A stretch of DNA of 63,124 nt, counting the filler, from Octopus bimaculoides (lineage: Eukaryota): assembly GCF_001194135.2 (NCBI RefSeq). It is 4 parts of 4 records of this genome, joined end to end, with 100 filler letters (N's around TTAATTAATTAA, not from the genome) between each part and the next. Parts side by side here need not be neighbours in the genome. Positions count along the whole stretch, not along the records: positions 14,953 to 30,095 come from NC_069002.1; positions 30,196 to 58,215 come from NC_068996.1; 2 more parts are not named here. One strand, given 5' to 3'. The position numbers and the translations under genes are program-made. The first letter of the stretch is position 1. Each line of letters begins with the position of its first letter. Shown piece by piece: positions 26,197-39,304 of this stretch. The notes beneath the pieces were generated by a model. It searched no databases. It had not been told where the DNA came from and was given only the letters and a program-made list of their open reading frames with translations.

Positions 26197-27665
26197 GTAT
26201 GGCTCCAGGACATCCATATACCGCATATACATACGTACAGATATATATATACATACATATATGCATACATACTAACACACACACACACATATGAATATAT
26301 ATATTCATACTTATATATAATTTCACTGCTTGCTCCTTTATGGCGTTATATGCTAATATTCATAAAGCGTACACTGTTCGTTATATGAATCGATCTGGGT
26401 GCGTATGTTGAATTTTAATCGGGGCGGTTATGTCCNNNNNNNNNNTATATATATATATATATACATACATATATATATATGTGTATATATATATACATAC
26501 ATATATGCATACATACTAACACACACACACACATATGAATATATATATTCATACTTATATATAATTTCACTGCTTGCTCCTTTATGGCGTTATATGCTAA
26601 TATTCATAAAGCGTACACTGTTCGTTATATGAATCGATCTGGGTGCGTATGTTGAATTTTAATCGGGGCGGTTATGTCCACCGTGTGTATGTGTGTGTGT
26701 GTATGTGTGTGTGAGAGAGTGTATGTGTGTGTAGTTTGTGAGTGTGTGGGTACAAGATTGTTTGTATTGAAACGGATATTGAGGTCTGGATTTCATTGCG
26801 CCCACACACAGATAATATAAATACTTGTTGCTGTTGTTACTTGTGTGAATTTTGGTTCTGTTCACTCAAGTGGTTTACCGTTTGCTGTTAATCTTTCTTT
26901 TCTCTGCGTTTTCATTCTCCTTCCATGCATGGCGATGTTAAGTAACACTTGACTTGTTATATATTTTAGGGCATATAATTTATTTATATTTGTATCATAG
27001 TGCATGTTCGGACACATGCAGGAATTAGCTCTGTCACCACTACTTGCACACGCATGCATCCAAATCTATCTATCTATTTATTTATTTATATGTCTGTATT
27101 TCTTTCTATGTATGTATGTATGTATGTGTGTATGTATACGCATGTAAGCTCATAATTGCAAACATATCAAAATAAAGAAAATAATGCTCAATTATCAATT
27201 GAGTCAAATATCAATTCTTTTCGTTTTCAGGCGATATATATATATATANNNNNNNNNNNNNNNNNNNNNNNNNNNNNNNNNNNNNNNNNNNNNNNNNNNN
27301 NNNNNNNNNNNNNNNNNNNNNNNNNNNNNNNNNNNNNNNNNNNNNNNNNNNNNNNNNNNNNNNNNNNNNNNNNNNNNNNNNNNNNNNNNNNNNNNNNNNN
27401 NNNNNNNNNNNNNNNNNNNNNNNNNNNNNNNNNNNNNNNNNNNNNNNNNNNNNNNNNNNNNNNNNNNNNNNNNNNNNNNNNNNNNNNNNNNNNNNNNNNN
27501 NNNNNNNNNNNNNNNNNNNNNNNNNNNNNNNNNNNNNNNNNNNNNNNNNNNNNNNNNNNNNNNNNNNNNNNNNNNNNNNNNNNNNNNNNNNNNNNNNNNN
27601 NNNNNNNNNNNNNNNNNNNNNNNNNNNNNNNNNNNNNNNNNNNNNNNNNNNNNNNNNNNNNNNNN

Positions 27666-27715
<50 letters not shown>

Positions 27716-27789
27716 GCATATATTATATTTGTCTTGCTACAGTAAGATATATGCTATCTTTGACTATGCTACAATTAACTGCATCATTA

Positions 27790-28260
27790 GAACTTGTTTT
27801 CAAATTCTTTCTATCATCGCCGTCTTCGCTTTATTTCGTGTAGATTGTGTTTGGTGGAGGCGAGTATGTTTTTATGTTCCTATTTTCTATTGTGTGAGAG
27901 AGCGGGTTCTGTATGTGCACTGTCTCTGTAACTTGTCTAAGCTGGATGATGAGGATACGTTGAAATCTGTCTTTTTTTTTTTTATCTCGATAGTGTATAG
28001 GGCGACACCAATTTTGGCACAATGGAAGATGGTTGATATTAATGTCTTCCGTGCCTGGTGACTTGTAGTCATTCGATATAAACTCGGGACCATTTCTATT
28101 ATATAAATAGTAGAGTCGTTCTGATATTGTGCGTCTATTCATATCATACAGCATACTACATCTCTATTTGTACTGTTAGTTCCGAATTTCTTCTGGAAAC
28201 CTTCTATTTGTTATTAGTAAAAGGGTTCTGTTAAATTGGTATAACATACTAATTAGTAAT
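27790..28260 (-). mobile_element. Decayed Penelope-like GIY-YIG endonuclease fragment
   Basis: Minus-strand RRTISERLY..NGPEFISNDYKSPG resembles the T.R.L..R..EH region of PLE endonucleases. It is frameshifted. Confidence 0.55.
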
Positions 28261-28540
28261 CTTCTGAAACTGCAAAGGTGTTCTATCATTTTAATTCAAA
28301 GACTCATTTCCTCTAAAAATTTCTTCAGCCTCTAAGTTCCCTCCCTAGAGTTGCTTCAACAAGCATTAATCTCGCAAATTATCCATTCTTGAGTGTGTCT
28401 TGTGTGTCTTTCTTATTCTTTTTAACCTACTCCAGAATTCGCCCCGATTCATTGAACTGATCACATTTGGCCTCGACGTTACAAATTAGCGTACATATCT
28501 TGTATGTATTGATAATGTATTCATTGTGTATTTGTTACTC

Positions 28541-28664
<124 letters not shown>

Positions 28665-28687
28665 TGTGTGTATTTATGTATATGAAT

Positions 28688-28925
28688 GTGGCGAGCAGGC
28701 GGAATCGTTAGAGCAGAAAAATACTTAGGGATATTTCTTCCGGTTCTTTACCTCCTGTGGAGGTCAATTTTACTTTCCATTCTTGTGGGGGTCAATGGAG
28801 GTCAATTTTACTTTTCATTCTTGTGGGGGGTCAATAAAATAATGTACGAGTCAGGTACTGGAGTCAATGTAATCGACTCATCGATCCTCTCCTCTCGAAA
28901 TGATGGACTTTGTGCCTGAATAGGA
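28688..28925 (+). mobile_element. SINE family A variant with an internal ~40-bp duplication
   Basis: Head ggcgagcaggcggaatcgttag; ggaggtcaattttactt(t/c)cattcttgtgggg occurs twice. Confidence 0.7.
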
Positions 28926-29004
28926 AGCCTTGAACCGAATCGGTGTGACGCGAATCGGTTGTTAGGTTTTTCCGCTGAAACATGATGTTCATGGTTTTTT
29001 GAAG

Positions 29005-29130
29005 TAACGTAAACTAATGGCGAGAATGTTCTATTCATGATCAGAGGTCGTGGGTTCAATTCCTAGTTCGGGCAGCGCGCTGTTTCCTTGAGCAAGGCAC
29101 TTCTTTTCACATTGCACTAGTCTACGACAT
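29005..29130 (+). mobile_element. SINE family C head, diverged
   Basis: catgatcagaggtcgtgggttcaattcc..ttccttgagcaaggcactt. Confidence 0.65.
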
Positions 29131-29179
29131 AAATGGATACGAGCCGAGTGCCGCTACCTCTCTTTCTCTCTCTGTTTAC

Positions 29180-29242
<63 letters not shown>

Positions 29243-29907
29243 GATATGCCGTTGGGTCAACGATGAAGGAGCTGAGAGGATATCTATGTCTGCTCGCGGC
29301 TACACAGGAACCTAAAATAAAGTGTGATAGATGTTAACAAGCTGTACTCGCTCAAGAGTGACGCTAGGCCATCTGCTGCTTCTACTTTACTCTTCATTGT
29401 GCAATCTACCATTTCCACGTTTGTTCCATATTCAATTTCTTTTGACAGGTATTTTCCATTGAAAATACACCGAGGCATGCTTCTGAAGTTGCATCCAAGT
29501 CGTGTTCCTTGTATGACGATTCTACACTAGTATTCCTCTCTTATCCAAACGACTGTAGCTAAACGCTAAACTTGGAAATTCCAGTGAAGATTTTGTGATA
29601 GCCGTATGAAGCTGTGAATTGCGTAATAGTCAATGGCAAGGAAGATTTTATCGACATCTGTCAATGTATTTGAACTGCAAGAGAGTTAGTTGTACTGGAG
29701 AATTTTTCTATTATCATGTTTGGTGTTGGTATCATTCCGTGTGGCTTGGTGCATGTATATCAGCTTGGTGTTAGAAACAGCTTCTAATTACAGCGCCATT
29801 GTCATATGAGGAAACGATGGCAAATATTTCCCTCTCCGGTTATAAGCAAAATGTGTCACTGCTAATCTTGTCCAGAATATTCAGCGGAAACATAAATAGT
29901 TTATATA

Positions 29908-30059
29908 GACGGAGTGGCTGTGTCGTAAGTAGCTTGCTTACCAACCACATGGTTCCGGGTTCAGAACAGTCCTACTGCGTAGTATCCTGGGTGAGTTGCT
30001 TCTGCTATAGCCTGAGACTGTGAATGGATTTGGTAGACGGAAATTGAAAGAAGCCCGTC

Positions 30060-30062
<3 letters not shown>
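29908..30062 (+). mobile_element. SINE family B, tRNA-like 5' half
   Basis: ggagtggctgtgtcgtaagtagcttgcttaccaaccacatggttccgggttcag..ggatttggtagacggaaattgaaagaagcccgtcg, then (TA)n. It matches the minus strand of 40735-40826. Confidence 0.85.
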
Positions 30063-30095
<33 letters not shown>

Positions 30096-30729
30096 NNNNN
30101 NNNNNNNNNNNNNNNNNNNNNNNNNNNNNNNNNNNNNNNTTAATTAATTAANNNNNNNNNNNNNNNNNNNNNNNNNNNNNNNNNNNNNNNNNNNNGAGAG
30201 AGAGAGAGAGAGAGGGAGAAAGAAAGAAACTCAGGAGGGTCGGCAGGATATCTCATATCTATATAGAGATGCTTGATGAAAGATTTTGGCTGGACAGCTG
30301 GTTGGCGGATTTCCAGGTTTTTCATATTTGGGTGTCCATAAGAGAATATCACTAATAGATTCTTGCTTAAATCTAAACTTTCCAACCACACGACTATACA
30401 TATTCCCAAATATTATGAAAGTCAAGTCTCTTATATCTACACAGTTTTCTCAAGCATAATATAACCAGGACTACATTTTTTATCGCTTTTTACCTCCATT
30501 GAAAGCTCTGTCCCAGCAGCTGTATAATCAAAGCCGTTCTAGCTATGACCAACGTAACATTTTTCTTTTTATTGAAGTACAATCAAACTTGGATTTCATT
30601 TTCAATAAGTTTCTCAATTTAAAAAATAATTATGTAAAATTTCAGGATTTCGCTGCAATTTTTACCTCCTTCATCGATCATGTCGAGGCAACATATAAAA
30701 ACGAAATTGTAATATATTAAATATACCCT

Positions 30730-31130
30730 CCGGGTGAAATGTTTAGCAACATTTCGTCCGTTTTTACGTTCTGAGTTCAAATTCCACCAAGGTCTACTTT
30801 GCCGTTCATTCTTTCAGGGTCGATAAAATAAGTATCAGCTGAACACTAGAGTCGATGTAATCGACTTAGTCTCCCCCAACAATGCTGGCTTTGTGCCAAA
30901 ATTTGAAGCTAATATATTCTTTTCTACTCTTGGAACAAGGCCCGAAATTTTGGGGGAGGAGCCAGTTGATTAGATCGACCCCAGTACGTAAGTGATACTT
31001 AATTTCTCGAACCCGAAAAGTTGAAAGGTAAAGTCGACCTCGGCGGAATTTGAACTCAAAAGGTAAAGACAGACGAAATACCACTAAACATTTCGCCCGG
31101 CGTGCTAACGTTTCTGCCAGCTCGCTGGCT
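30730..31130. mobile_element. Two family-A SINEs in tail-to-tail inverted orientation (+ 30730-30915; - 30918-31130)
   Basis: The first copy has gagttcaaattccaccaaggtc..gggtcgataaaataagta. The second has tacttaatttctcgaacccg..gtcgacctcggcggaatttgaactc..ctgccagctcgc. Confidence 0.9.
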
Positions 31131-31517
31131 TTGAGACCAATACCTTAAATATACTCCTTTTTTTAGTAACCTGTACAACTTCTAAGCTTCGATAGACTCT
31201 ATGACGAAGAAATTCGCTTCTCGAGGACTTGAATATTGTTTCAATCCAGTTGCGCAGCACCTTGGGCAAGTATCTCCTATTATAGATTGGGACTGATAAT
31301 GAAAAAAAAACTTTGTTTAGCTCAGTTTATAAATAAAGATCGAATCGAATCCTGTAATATAATCTCCTCCAGAAATTAGACACTTGGTGGCGATCGAAAA
31401 TAAAACCGATCGAAACATGATGTAGATGTTAACACTCACACACATACACGCACGCACACGCACGCACACACACACCACACACACACATACACACACACTC
31501 ACACGCACACGCACTCG

Positions 31518-31565
<48 letters not shown>

Positions 31566-32664
31566 AAAGGAAGAAAAAAACACGTGCGCAAAAACTTTTC
31601 ATGTTTAGAAATGAAGTTAATATATTTGAATAATAATAATCTTTAGTAACATCTCAGTTAAAATATTTAGTTTTAGCAAAAGGGTTAGGGCAAAGAATGA
31701 CTGCTATATCTTATTATTGATAGTTCCAACAGAAAAAAAAATTCTAGATCGGCTCGCAAATTAAGTACATGGTAAATTTACCGCCTCCTATAGTGCCTGA
31801 CACAAGTTTAGAATCAATAACAATGGCAAAGATAGATTAAGAGTTAGCTTTCACTGATGGCTTTCTACAAGAATAATCTTCTCAAAAGTGACATAGTAAT
31901 AGGATATGGAATCATTCTTAGGTGTTCCTTTCCTGAAATTTGATACAATATACTCAGTTGTTGTCAAGATATCATATTACGTTTTCATTTGGCAATAAAT
32001 CCTCTCTCTGCGTGTGTAAGTGCGTGCATGCGTGTATATTATGTGTAAGCGTGTATGTTTACGTGTATTTGTGAACGTGTGTTTAAAAAAGAAAAACAAA
32101 GCTTACACGCAGACGAACAGACAGAGAGAAATCTTACATTAGTGACAGTTTAATTACTAAACATGTAAGAGCTACTGTGAAACAAGAACGAACCAAGTGA
32201 CAATTCTTGGTTGTCGGATGTTTCAAGACAGCTTTACTCTACAGACAAAAGCAAAATTTCCGGATGTTTTTGCGTCGCCCAAATTCGGAGAAGACATAGG
32301 AATATAGGAATACAAATATATGTGTTGTTATTAAAGCGAGAGTAAGAAAAAAAATAGTGTAATTATGAAAACATTTGTTACAATTGACAGGTTCCATCTA
32401 AAGCTGTTATTAAATCCCCAAACAATGCCCTCAGGTTGAAATTGAAACACCTTTAAATTTTGTGAGCAACTAATACTATTTATGAACAGTTCCTACGCCA
32501 TACCGTCAAAGATTACTATTTTGCAAGCTTTAATATCGTACTACACCATTCTTCATTTTTACTTTTTGTGGTTTTTTCTTTGCTTTTTTTTTAACTTTTA
32601 TTTTATTTTTCCTCAATCTCTGTATACATCTAAACATATACATACGCTAACACTCTCTCATTCA

Positions 32665-32699
<35 letters not shown>

Positions 32700-32710
<11 letters not shown>

Positions 32711-32830
32711 CCTTTTTTAATGTTTGGTACTTATTCTATCAGTCTCTTTTGTCAAACTGCTCAGTTACAGGGACGTAAACATGCTAACATCGGTTGTCAA
32801 TCGGTAGTGGGAGACTAACATACTCAAAAA

Positions 32831-32871
<41 letters not shown>

Positions 32872-32990
32872 TTATATCTATACGCGCAGGCGTGGTTGTG
32901 CGGTAAGAAGTTCGCTTCCATACCATATGGTTTTGAGTTCAGTCCCACTGCGTGGCACCTTGGAAAACTGTCTTCTACCGTACCCTCCGG
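32700..32990. mobile_element. SINE family B fragments (3' half on -, 32700-32830; head on +, 32882-32985)
   Basis: cagttacagggacgtaaac..catcggttgtcaa; cgcaggcgtggttgtgcggtaagaagttcgcttcc..ttcagtcccactgcgtggcaccttgg. Confidence 0.8.
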
Positions 32991-33119
32991 TATTTACACA
33001 CACACACACACACACACTCACACACACACACATACATACATGCATCCATCCATTCATCCATCCATCCATCCATCCATACATACATACATACATACATACA
33101 TACATACATACATACATAC

Positions 33120-33925
33120 CACCAAACTACCTTGTGGGGAAATATCGGCTCTGCTATACCAGAGTGGAAGATATCACCCATATCAGCAGCAGCTGCGCCA
33201 AAATGTCTACGAGATACAACCTGCCCATGAGGCATGATATAGCTGCAAAGATTATTTACAATGCTATCCGCAGGAAGGACTGCCTTGACATACACATCAA
33301 AGACATGTCAAAACTAACAGGTATTCACACCTTTAAAAACAAGAAATCCCGGTGGAACACTCCAATGAAAATATCAATTCAGTGCAAACATAACAGACCT
33401 GTTATTGTTCCGTGGGACAGGGAACAAAAATCATGCACTGTTGTAGAGGTCAGCTGCCCAGCGGATATGAACGTACAATCAAAAGTCCAGGAGAAAGAAA
33501 ATATTTATGGTGTATTAATGCGGAACTTACAGCTCTTGTACCGACGATAAATTCTCATTTGTACCTATGAGCATAGGTGCATTAAGTTACGCACCAAAAA
33601 GTTTACATAACAACCTAGAAATACTAGAGTTTACGAAGAAAGAACAAAAGAAACTGACGTGGATTCTCTAAATCCAATCTATTAGCAGCATAGTGAAGAC
33701 ATTCCAAAAATTTGTAAACCGTTCTGAAAATTCTTCATCAGAGATTCTTAAGTGGATAGATGCACCTGGGTGTCTGCATCGACTATTCAACCAAGACACC
33801 AATTCAACCATATATTTACAAACATCAAGAACTCTTAACTCAAAAAGTCTTGTCACTTTGTTAGCGATCGGCTTGAACTCTCTTAAGAAAGACTTAAAAC
33901 TCAAGGAAAAATCATACATTCATAT
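33120..33925 (+). mobile_element. 5'-truncated R4/Dong-like LINE: CCHC zinc knuckle, restriction-like endonuclease, 3' UTR
   Basis: KYRLCYTRVEDITHISSSC (first Cys lost), RHDIAAK, and KHNRPVIVPWDREQKSCTVVEVSCPADMNVQSKVQEKENIY (PD..E.S..K-type RLE with PD changed to PV). Confidence 0.9.
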
Positions 33926-34094
33926 NNNNNNNNNNNNNNNNNNNNNNNNNNNNNNNNNNNNNNNNNNNNNNNNNNNNNNNNNNNNNNNNNNNNNNNNNNN
34001 NNNNNNNNNNNNNNNNNNNNNNNNNNNNNNNNNNNNNNNNNNNNNNNNNNNNNNNNNNNNNNNNNNNNNNNNNATATATATATATATATAATAT

Positions 34095-34385
34095 TGGGGT
34101 AAAGATCCCCTTCGGTCATGAATGACTATGGGATTGCACCTAGAAAGTTCTCTTCTGAGGCACAAGTCCGGGCAATTTGTATATGGAAGACCAGTAGTAG
34201 CCCATGCCGATGTTGTTCAAGAGAAGGCAAAGGCCGGTACAGCTTGGCACCAGGGATGTAGCAACTCGTTTCTACAGTCGAGTCAACTGGAGCAACGTGA
34301 GATAAAGTGTCTTGCTCAAGAATACAACACAGCCCGGTGCAGGAATCGAACTCTCTACCTCATGATTGTGAGCCATGCGCCTTCA
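34095..34385 (-). mobile_element. SINE family C
   Basis: Reverse complement: catggctcacaatcatgaggtagagagttcgattcctgcaccgggctgtgttgtattcttgagcaagacactttatctcacgttgctccag. Confidence 0.85.
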
Positions 34386-34482
34386 CATATATAACAAAAT
34401 ATAACACAATATAATATATATATGTATGTGTTTGTATATAATTTTAATACATTATTTAGACGTGCATGTGTGTGTGTGTGTA

Positions 34483-34535
<53 letters not shown>

Positions 34536-35304
34536 NNNNNNNNNNNNNNNNNNNNNNNNNNNNNNNNNNNNNNNNNNNNNNNNNNNNNNNNNNNNNNNNN
34601 NNNNNNNNNNNNNNNNNNNNNNNNNNNNNNNNNNNNNNNNNNNNNNNNNNNNNNNNNNNNNNNNNNNNNNNNNNNNNNNNNNNNNNNNNNNNNNNNNNNN
34701 NNNNNNNNNNNNNNNNNNNNNNNNNNNNNNNNNNNNNNNNNNNNNNNNNNNNNNNNNNNNNNNNNNNNNNNNNNNNNNNNNNNNNNNNNNNNNNNNNNNN
34801 NNNNNNNNNNNNNNNNNNNNNNNNNNNNNNNNNNNNNNNNNNNNNNNNNNNNNNNNNNNNNNNNNNNNNNNNNNNNNNNNNNNNNNNNNNNNNNNNNNNN
34901 NNNNNNNNNNNNNNNNNNNNNNNNNNNNNNNNNNNNNNNNNNNNNNNNNNNNNNNNNNNNNNNNNNNNNNNNNNNNNNNNNNNNNNNNNNNNNNNNNNNN
35001 NNNNNNNNNNNNNNNNNNNNNNNNNNNNNNNNNNNNNNNNNNNNNNNNNNNNNNNNNNNNNNNNNNNNNNNNNNNNNNNNNNNNNNNNNNNNNNNNNNNN
35101 NNNNNNNNNNNNNNNNNNNNNNNNNNNNNNNNNNNNNNNNNNNNNNNNNNNNNNNNNNNNNNNNNNNNNNNNNNNNNNNNNNNNNNNNNNNNNNNNNNNN
35201 NNNNNNNNNNNNNNNNNNNNNNNNNNNNNNNNNNNNNNNNNNNNNNNNNNNAGAAATAATTGTAACTGGTCATTAAAGATCTGCAAAACTTGATTTTTTT
35301 TTAA

Positions 35305-35368
<64 letters not shown>

Positions 35369-35759
35369 CAATCATAAGGGTACACAAATGCGCTTGCCTG
35401 CTAGAAATAAGAGTTAAAACCCTCATTTAAACCACCAATAAATAACACTGAAAATTACAACAGAAAATCAACAGTAGTCGGGCCAACGGGCCAAAAAAAG
35501 ATCTTTCACATATGTGAAAGAAAAAAATATATGTCTGTGTATGTGCGCGCGCGCGAGTGTGTATTTAAAAGTCTATGAGAATTACTTGATACAGTTTTTG
35601 ATGTGTAAAGGTAATTTTTAAAAAAATTATTTCTCGGAAAAATGTTATGAATTCTTTCATGAGGATATTGCTAAGCTTTTTTTGAGAAGTTTTTCACAAG
35701 TGTGTGAGCGCTTTCGTTTAACCTTTTCAAACACTCGTCCTCTCTATATATATAAAGTG

Positions 35760-36010
35760 AAGGTGTGTGGCTAAGTGGTTAGAGTAGTCAGTTCACGTTG
35801 TGACCTTGAGCAAGATTCTTTATCTCACCTTGCTCCAGTTCGCTCAATTGGCAAAAATGTCTTTCACCGGTAATTCAAAAAGCCAGCCAAGTCATATTCC
35901 ATGTAACTCTGAACCTCCCCGAGAACTACATTAAGGGTATGCATGCCTGTGGAGTGCTCAGCCACATGCACGTTAATTCTATGAGCAGGCTGTTCCGTTG
36001 ATCTGATCAA
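35760..36010 (+). mobile_element. SINE family C
   Basis: gtgtggctaagtggttagag..ccttgagcaagattctttatctcaccttgctccagtt..ggcaaaaatg. Confidence 0.8.
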
Positions 36011-36794
36011 CTCGAACTCTCCTCGTCATAACCAACAGAATTCCAATATGTACGCGTATGTGTCTATATATATAACTTCGCTCTGCTAGTGCGTTCCGTT
36101 CACAAAAGGTGCACCAACATGACCTCAGTTCTGGGCTGAAACCAGTAAAATATAAAATATAACCAGCTGGAAAAGATTTTTCCAGGGCTATAACAACAGT
36201 AACATCGTCCCATATAGGACTGCCACGTCCTGTACACATAGACGCACAGAATAACAGCAATCAAATAACGACAGCGGAGTGCGCATCAAACATCAGCGAT
36301 CTACCTGTCGCTTGTACGCTTGACAAGAGATGTCAGTTAGTCCTTTACGACTCACCAGGCTCGTTCGTATTAGCCCGAGTTGCTGGATAATTTTTCGTTT
36401 CTTTAAGAATATTGTAGAACGGAAACTTTTCATATATTAGACTTCAAATCCAAATATCTATTGAAATTTATTATTTCAAGAAAACATTGAATTTGAATTC
36501 CTTTTAATTCTTACGATTATAGATAACAACTTGGGCTGTAACTTTTGAGCCTGAGTCTGGTGCGTGTGACGATGTCGAGAGAACGCCTGCTACGAATGAT
36601 ATTTTTTGACACAGGGCACCTCTAAGACGACCGCCAGACGCGACCAGGCTCAATAAAAGGAGCAATTACGTAAAAGGCTGAAATTACATACTTGAAGTCA
36701 GTGTTGCCAGAAATTAAATCAGCTTGCAAATACACAAATTAGTGCCCAAATTAGCTTACTAAAGCTTGTAGTATTCATTTTCTTCCTATTTCTG

Positions 36795-37560
36795 AACGAA
36801 CTTAAATGATTGGCAATTCTTTGCTTAGTTTTAAATTCACCTCTGATCTGTCTCAAATAATCTATTCTGTTGATACTGATCTATTCTTTTCTGATATCTG
36901 GAGAGCTTGCTATTATACGCTGTTTCAACTCTTCTATTATTGTTCCAAATCCTTTCTCTTTGACTAAGTATCTTTTCTCGAAGGAAGATTTGCATCTTGT
37001 CTTTCCTAACTTGTTCAGTTTTCAAGCTTCTATTCTACTCAGATCTTGTCTTAAAGCCTTCACTTTATTTTGTAGTCTCCTTTTCCACATTTGTTCTTTC
37101 CCTGTGAGATATCTAATCTTCTGGCGACTACTACCCCTCCTACATAGATCAATAAATTAGTGTCTCCTATAGTTTTAATATCTATCCTTTTGATAACAGA
37201 ATCTACTTTCCTAGTCATTTCTAGCAGCTTCCTTCTGTTGGTGCCTTTTAATGCTGGTGATCTTTTTCTCATTTCTTTACTCATTATTTTCTGCAACTCA
37301 TCTAAAATCTTCTGATCTCTTTCACTTGAGTCGCTGTTCACTTGAGTCGCTGTTCACTTGAGTCGTTGTTCACTTGAGTCGCTGTTCACTTGAGTCGCTG
37401 TTCACTTGAGTCGCTGTTCACTTGAGTCGCTGATGCCAGTTTTCCCTTCCTTATTGGTAGGGAGAGAGGCATTCCCTCAATGGTCCAGCTTCATTGTCAT
37501 TGTTACAACCAGAGTTCCTTCGGAAACTCCTGTCTCTCATAAACTGAGGTAAGGTAACGT
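36795..37560 (-). mobile_element. R4/Dong-like LINE ORF fragment (region upstream of RT), frameshifted
   Basis: SKLSRYQKRIDQYQQNRLFETDQR and LLEMTRKVDSVIKRIDIKTIGDTNLLIYVGGVVVARRL match R4-clade pre-RT motifs. Confidence 0.85.
37321..37432. repeat. 16-bp minisatellite, 7 copies, inside the R4-like ORF
   Basis: ttcacttgagtcgctg x7, with one C>T variant in copy 3. Confidence 0.97.
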
Positions 37561-38169
37561 TCGTCACCATCGTCATCACTACCATTATTTTTCGTCATCT
37601 GAAAGTTTCAAACAACTTTCTATTCCATCATTTGTTGTACCATTGTGCTGGTGGGGTGGGGTGGTGTGTGCTGCATTTCTTTCTTTTTTTGTATTGTATC
37701 AGTATGTTTTGTTATGGGATTTGGTTTGAGTCTTCTGTTGTATTAGTTTTTGTATTGAATGTTGTTTGTGTAGTGCAAGTTGTGTTCTTCTGTCGGGTAT
37801 CGGCCTTCTATGGCACATGTTGTGGGTCTTGTTCATTTTGTTGGGTATTTACGGTATGAGTTTATTCTTGTATGGTTTTCTTAGGTATTGCATAGCAGAT
37901 CAAGTATGTAAACCATAGATCAACTATTTCATAGTATTTATGATTTGTCCGCCGTTCTTTCTCTTTTTGGGTTGGCTTTCTTATGAGTTCCGTTTTACAG
38001 CATCTACTTTTTTTAACTTGACACCGCCGATGGACATGTGTTGACGTTTCTTTCGTAGTTATAATTATAATAATTATTATTATTGATGCATCAGCGAGAG
38101 ACCGAGAAGAAATAGCAATGTGCATATACACAGAGGTCTTGTATAAATATGGATGTATATGTAATTAAA

Positions 38170-38225
<56 letters not shown>

Positions 38226-38245
38226 TCTTCTTCTTCTTCTTCTTC

Positions 38246-38306
<61 letters not shown>

Positions 38307-38309
38307 CAC

Positions 38310-38355
<46 letters not shown>
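38170..38355. repeat. Compound (ATT)/(CTT)/(ATT)/(GTT) microsatellite
   Basis: Direct reading. Confidence 0.95.
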
Positions 38356-38357
38356 AA

Positions 38358-38555
38358 CGCAGCGAGCTGGTAGAATCGTTAGGACATCCGTAAAAATTAG
38401 CGTTGTGTCGTCCTACTTTGCATTCTGAGTTCAGATTCTCTTTCATCCTTTCGGGATCGATAAAATAAGTACCAGTCGAACATTTGAGTTTATGTAATCG
38501 ACTAACTCCCTCCCACTAAACTTCATGTATTGTGCCTATACTAGAAATGATTATT
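38358..38555 (+). mobile_element. SINE family A
   Basis: gcagcgagctggtagaatcgttag..ctgagttcagattc..tttcatcctttcgggatcgataaaataagtaccag. Confidence 0.85.
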
Positions 38556-39099
38556 ATTAATTTTACTAAAATTCTATTATTCTTATAAAAATGTTATTAT
38601 CATTATTGTTATTATTATTATTATTGTTTGGGAGGGTGGGGAATCACCAGACATCCAACATTGTTTAAAACACTAAATCTCTAAGGCAGAGCCCTACCTT
38701 CTTTTAAATATTTCATCCTCTTCTCCTGTATTCATCAACTGACCCTTATCAAACCAACCAAACCCCATTTTTTTTTATTCTAATTGAATACTGCAAACAA
38801 TGAAACTCCTTTGTCAGACCCCAATTTTTGATGGATTATGATTCCCAGCGTAGGTCAACGTATTCGTTCATTAATTAAAGTGGAAGGAACTAGAGGAGGG
38901 GAGACAATAATAAATGATGGCAGACCCCCTAAGATATAGAAAAGATGAAACATCTTTGGGAACTTTGGTCAAACATAGAAATTTTGACAAGAAAAAACAA
39001 ACAAAAAAAAAAACGAGATAAAATTTAAAAAATGAACAATATAAAGGTAATACAATATTCTCTAACTCTAAGTCTCCAAGACTATTATATATTATTGCT

Positions 39100-39146
39100 T
39101 GTTGTCATTATCGTTATTATTGTTATTGTCATCATCATCATCATCA

Positions 39147-39182
<36 letters not shown>

Positions 39183-39194
39183 TAATCATCATTT

Positions 39195-39238
<44 letters not shown>

Positions 39239-39272
39239 GGTGGCGGTGGCGGCGGTGGTAGTGGCGGTGGTA

Positions 39273-39303
<31 letters not shown>
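39100..39303. repeat. Compound (ATT)/(ATC)/(GTC)/(GTA)/(GTG) microsatellite
   Basis: Direct reading. Confidence 0.95.

Positions 39304-39304
<1 letters not shown>

Noticed and set aside
26250-26680. Exact ~180-bp direct duplication around a 10-N gap
   Set aside because: Identical copies flanking a minimal gap indicate an unmerged contig overlap.
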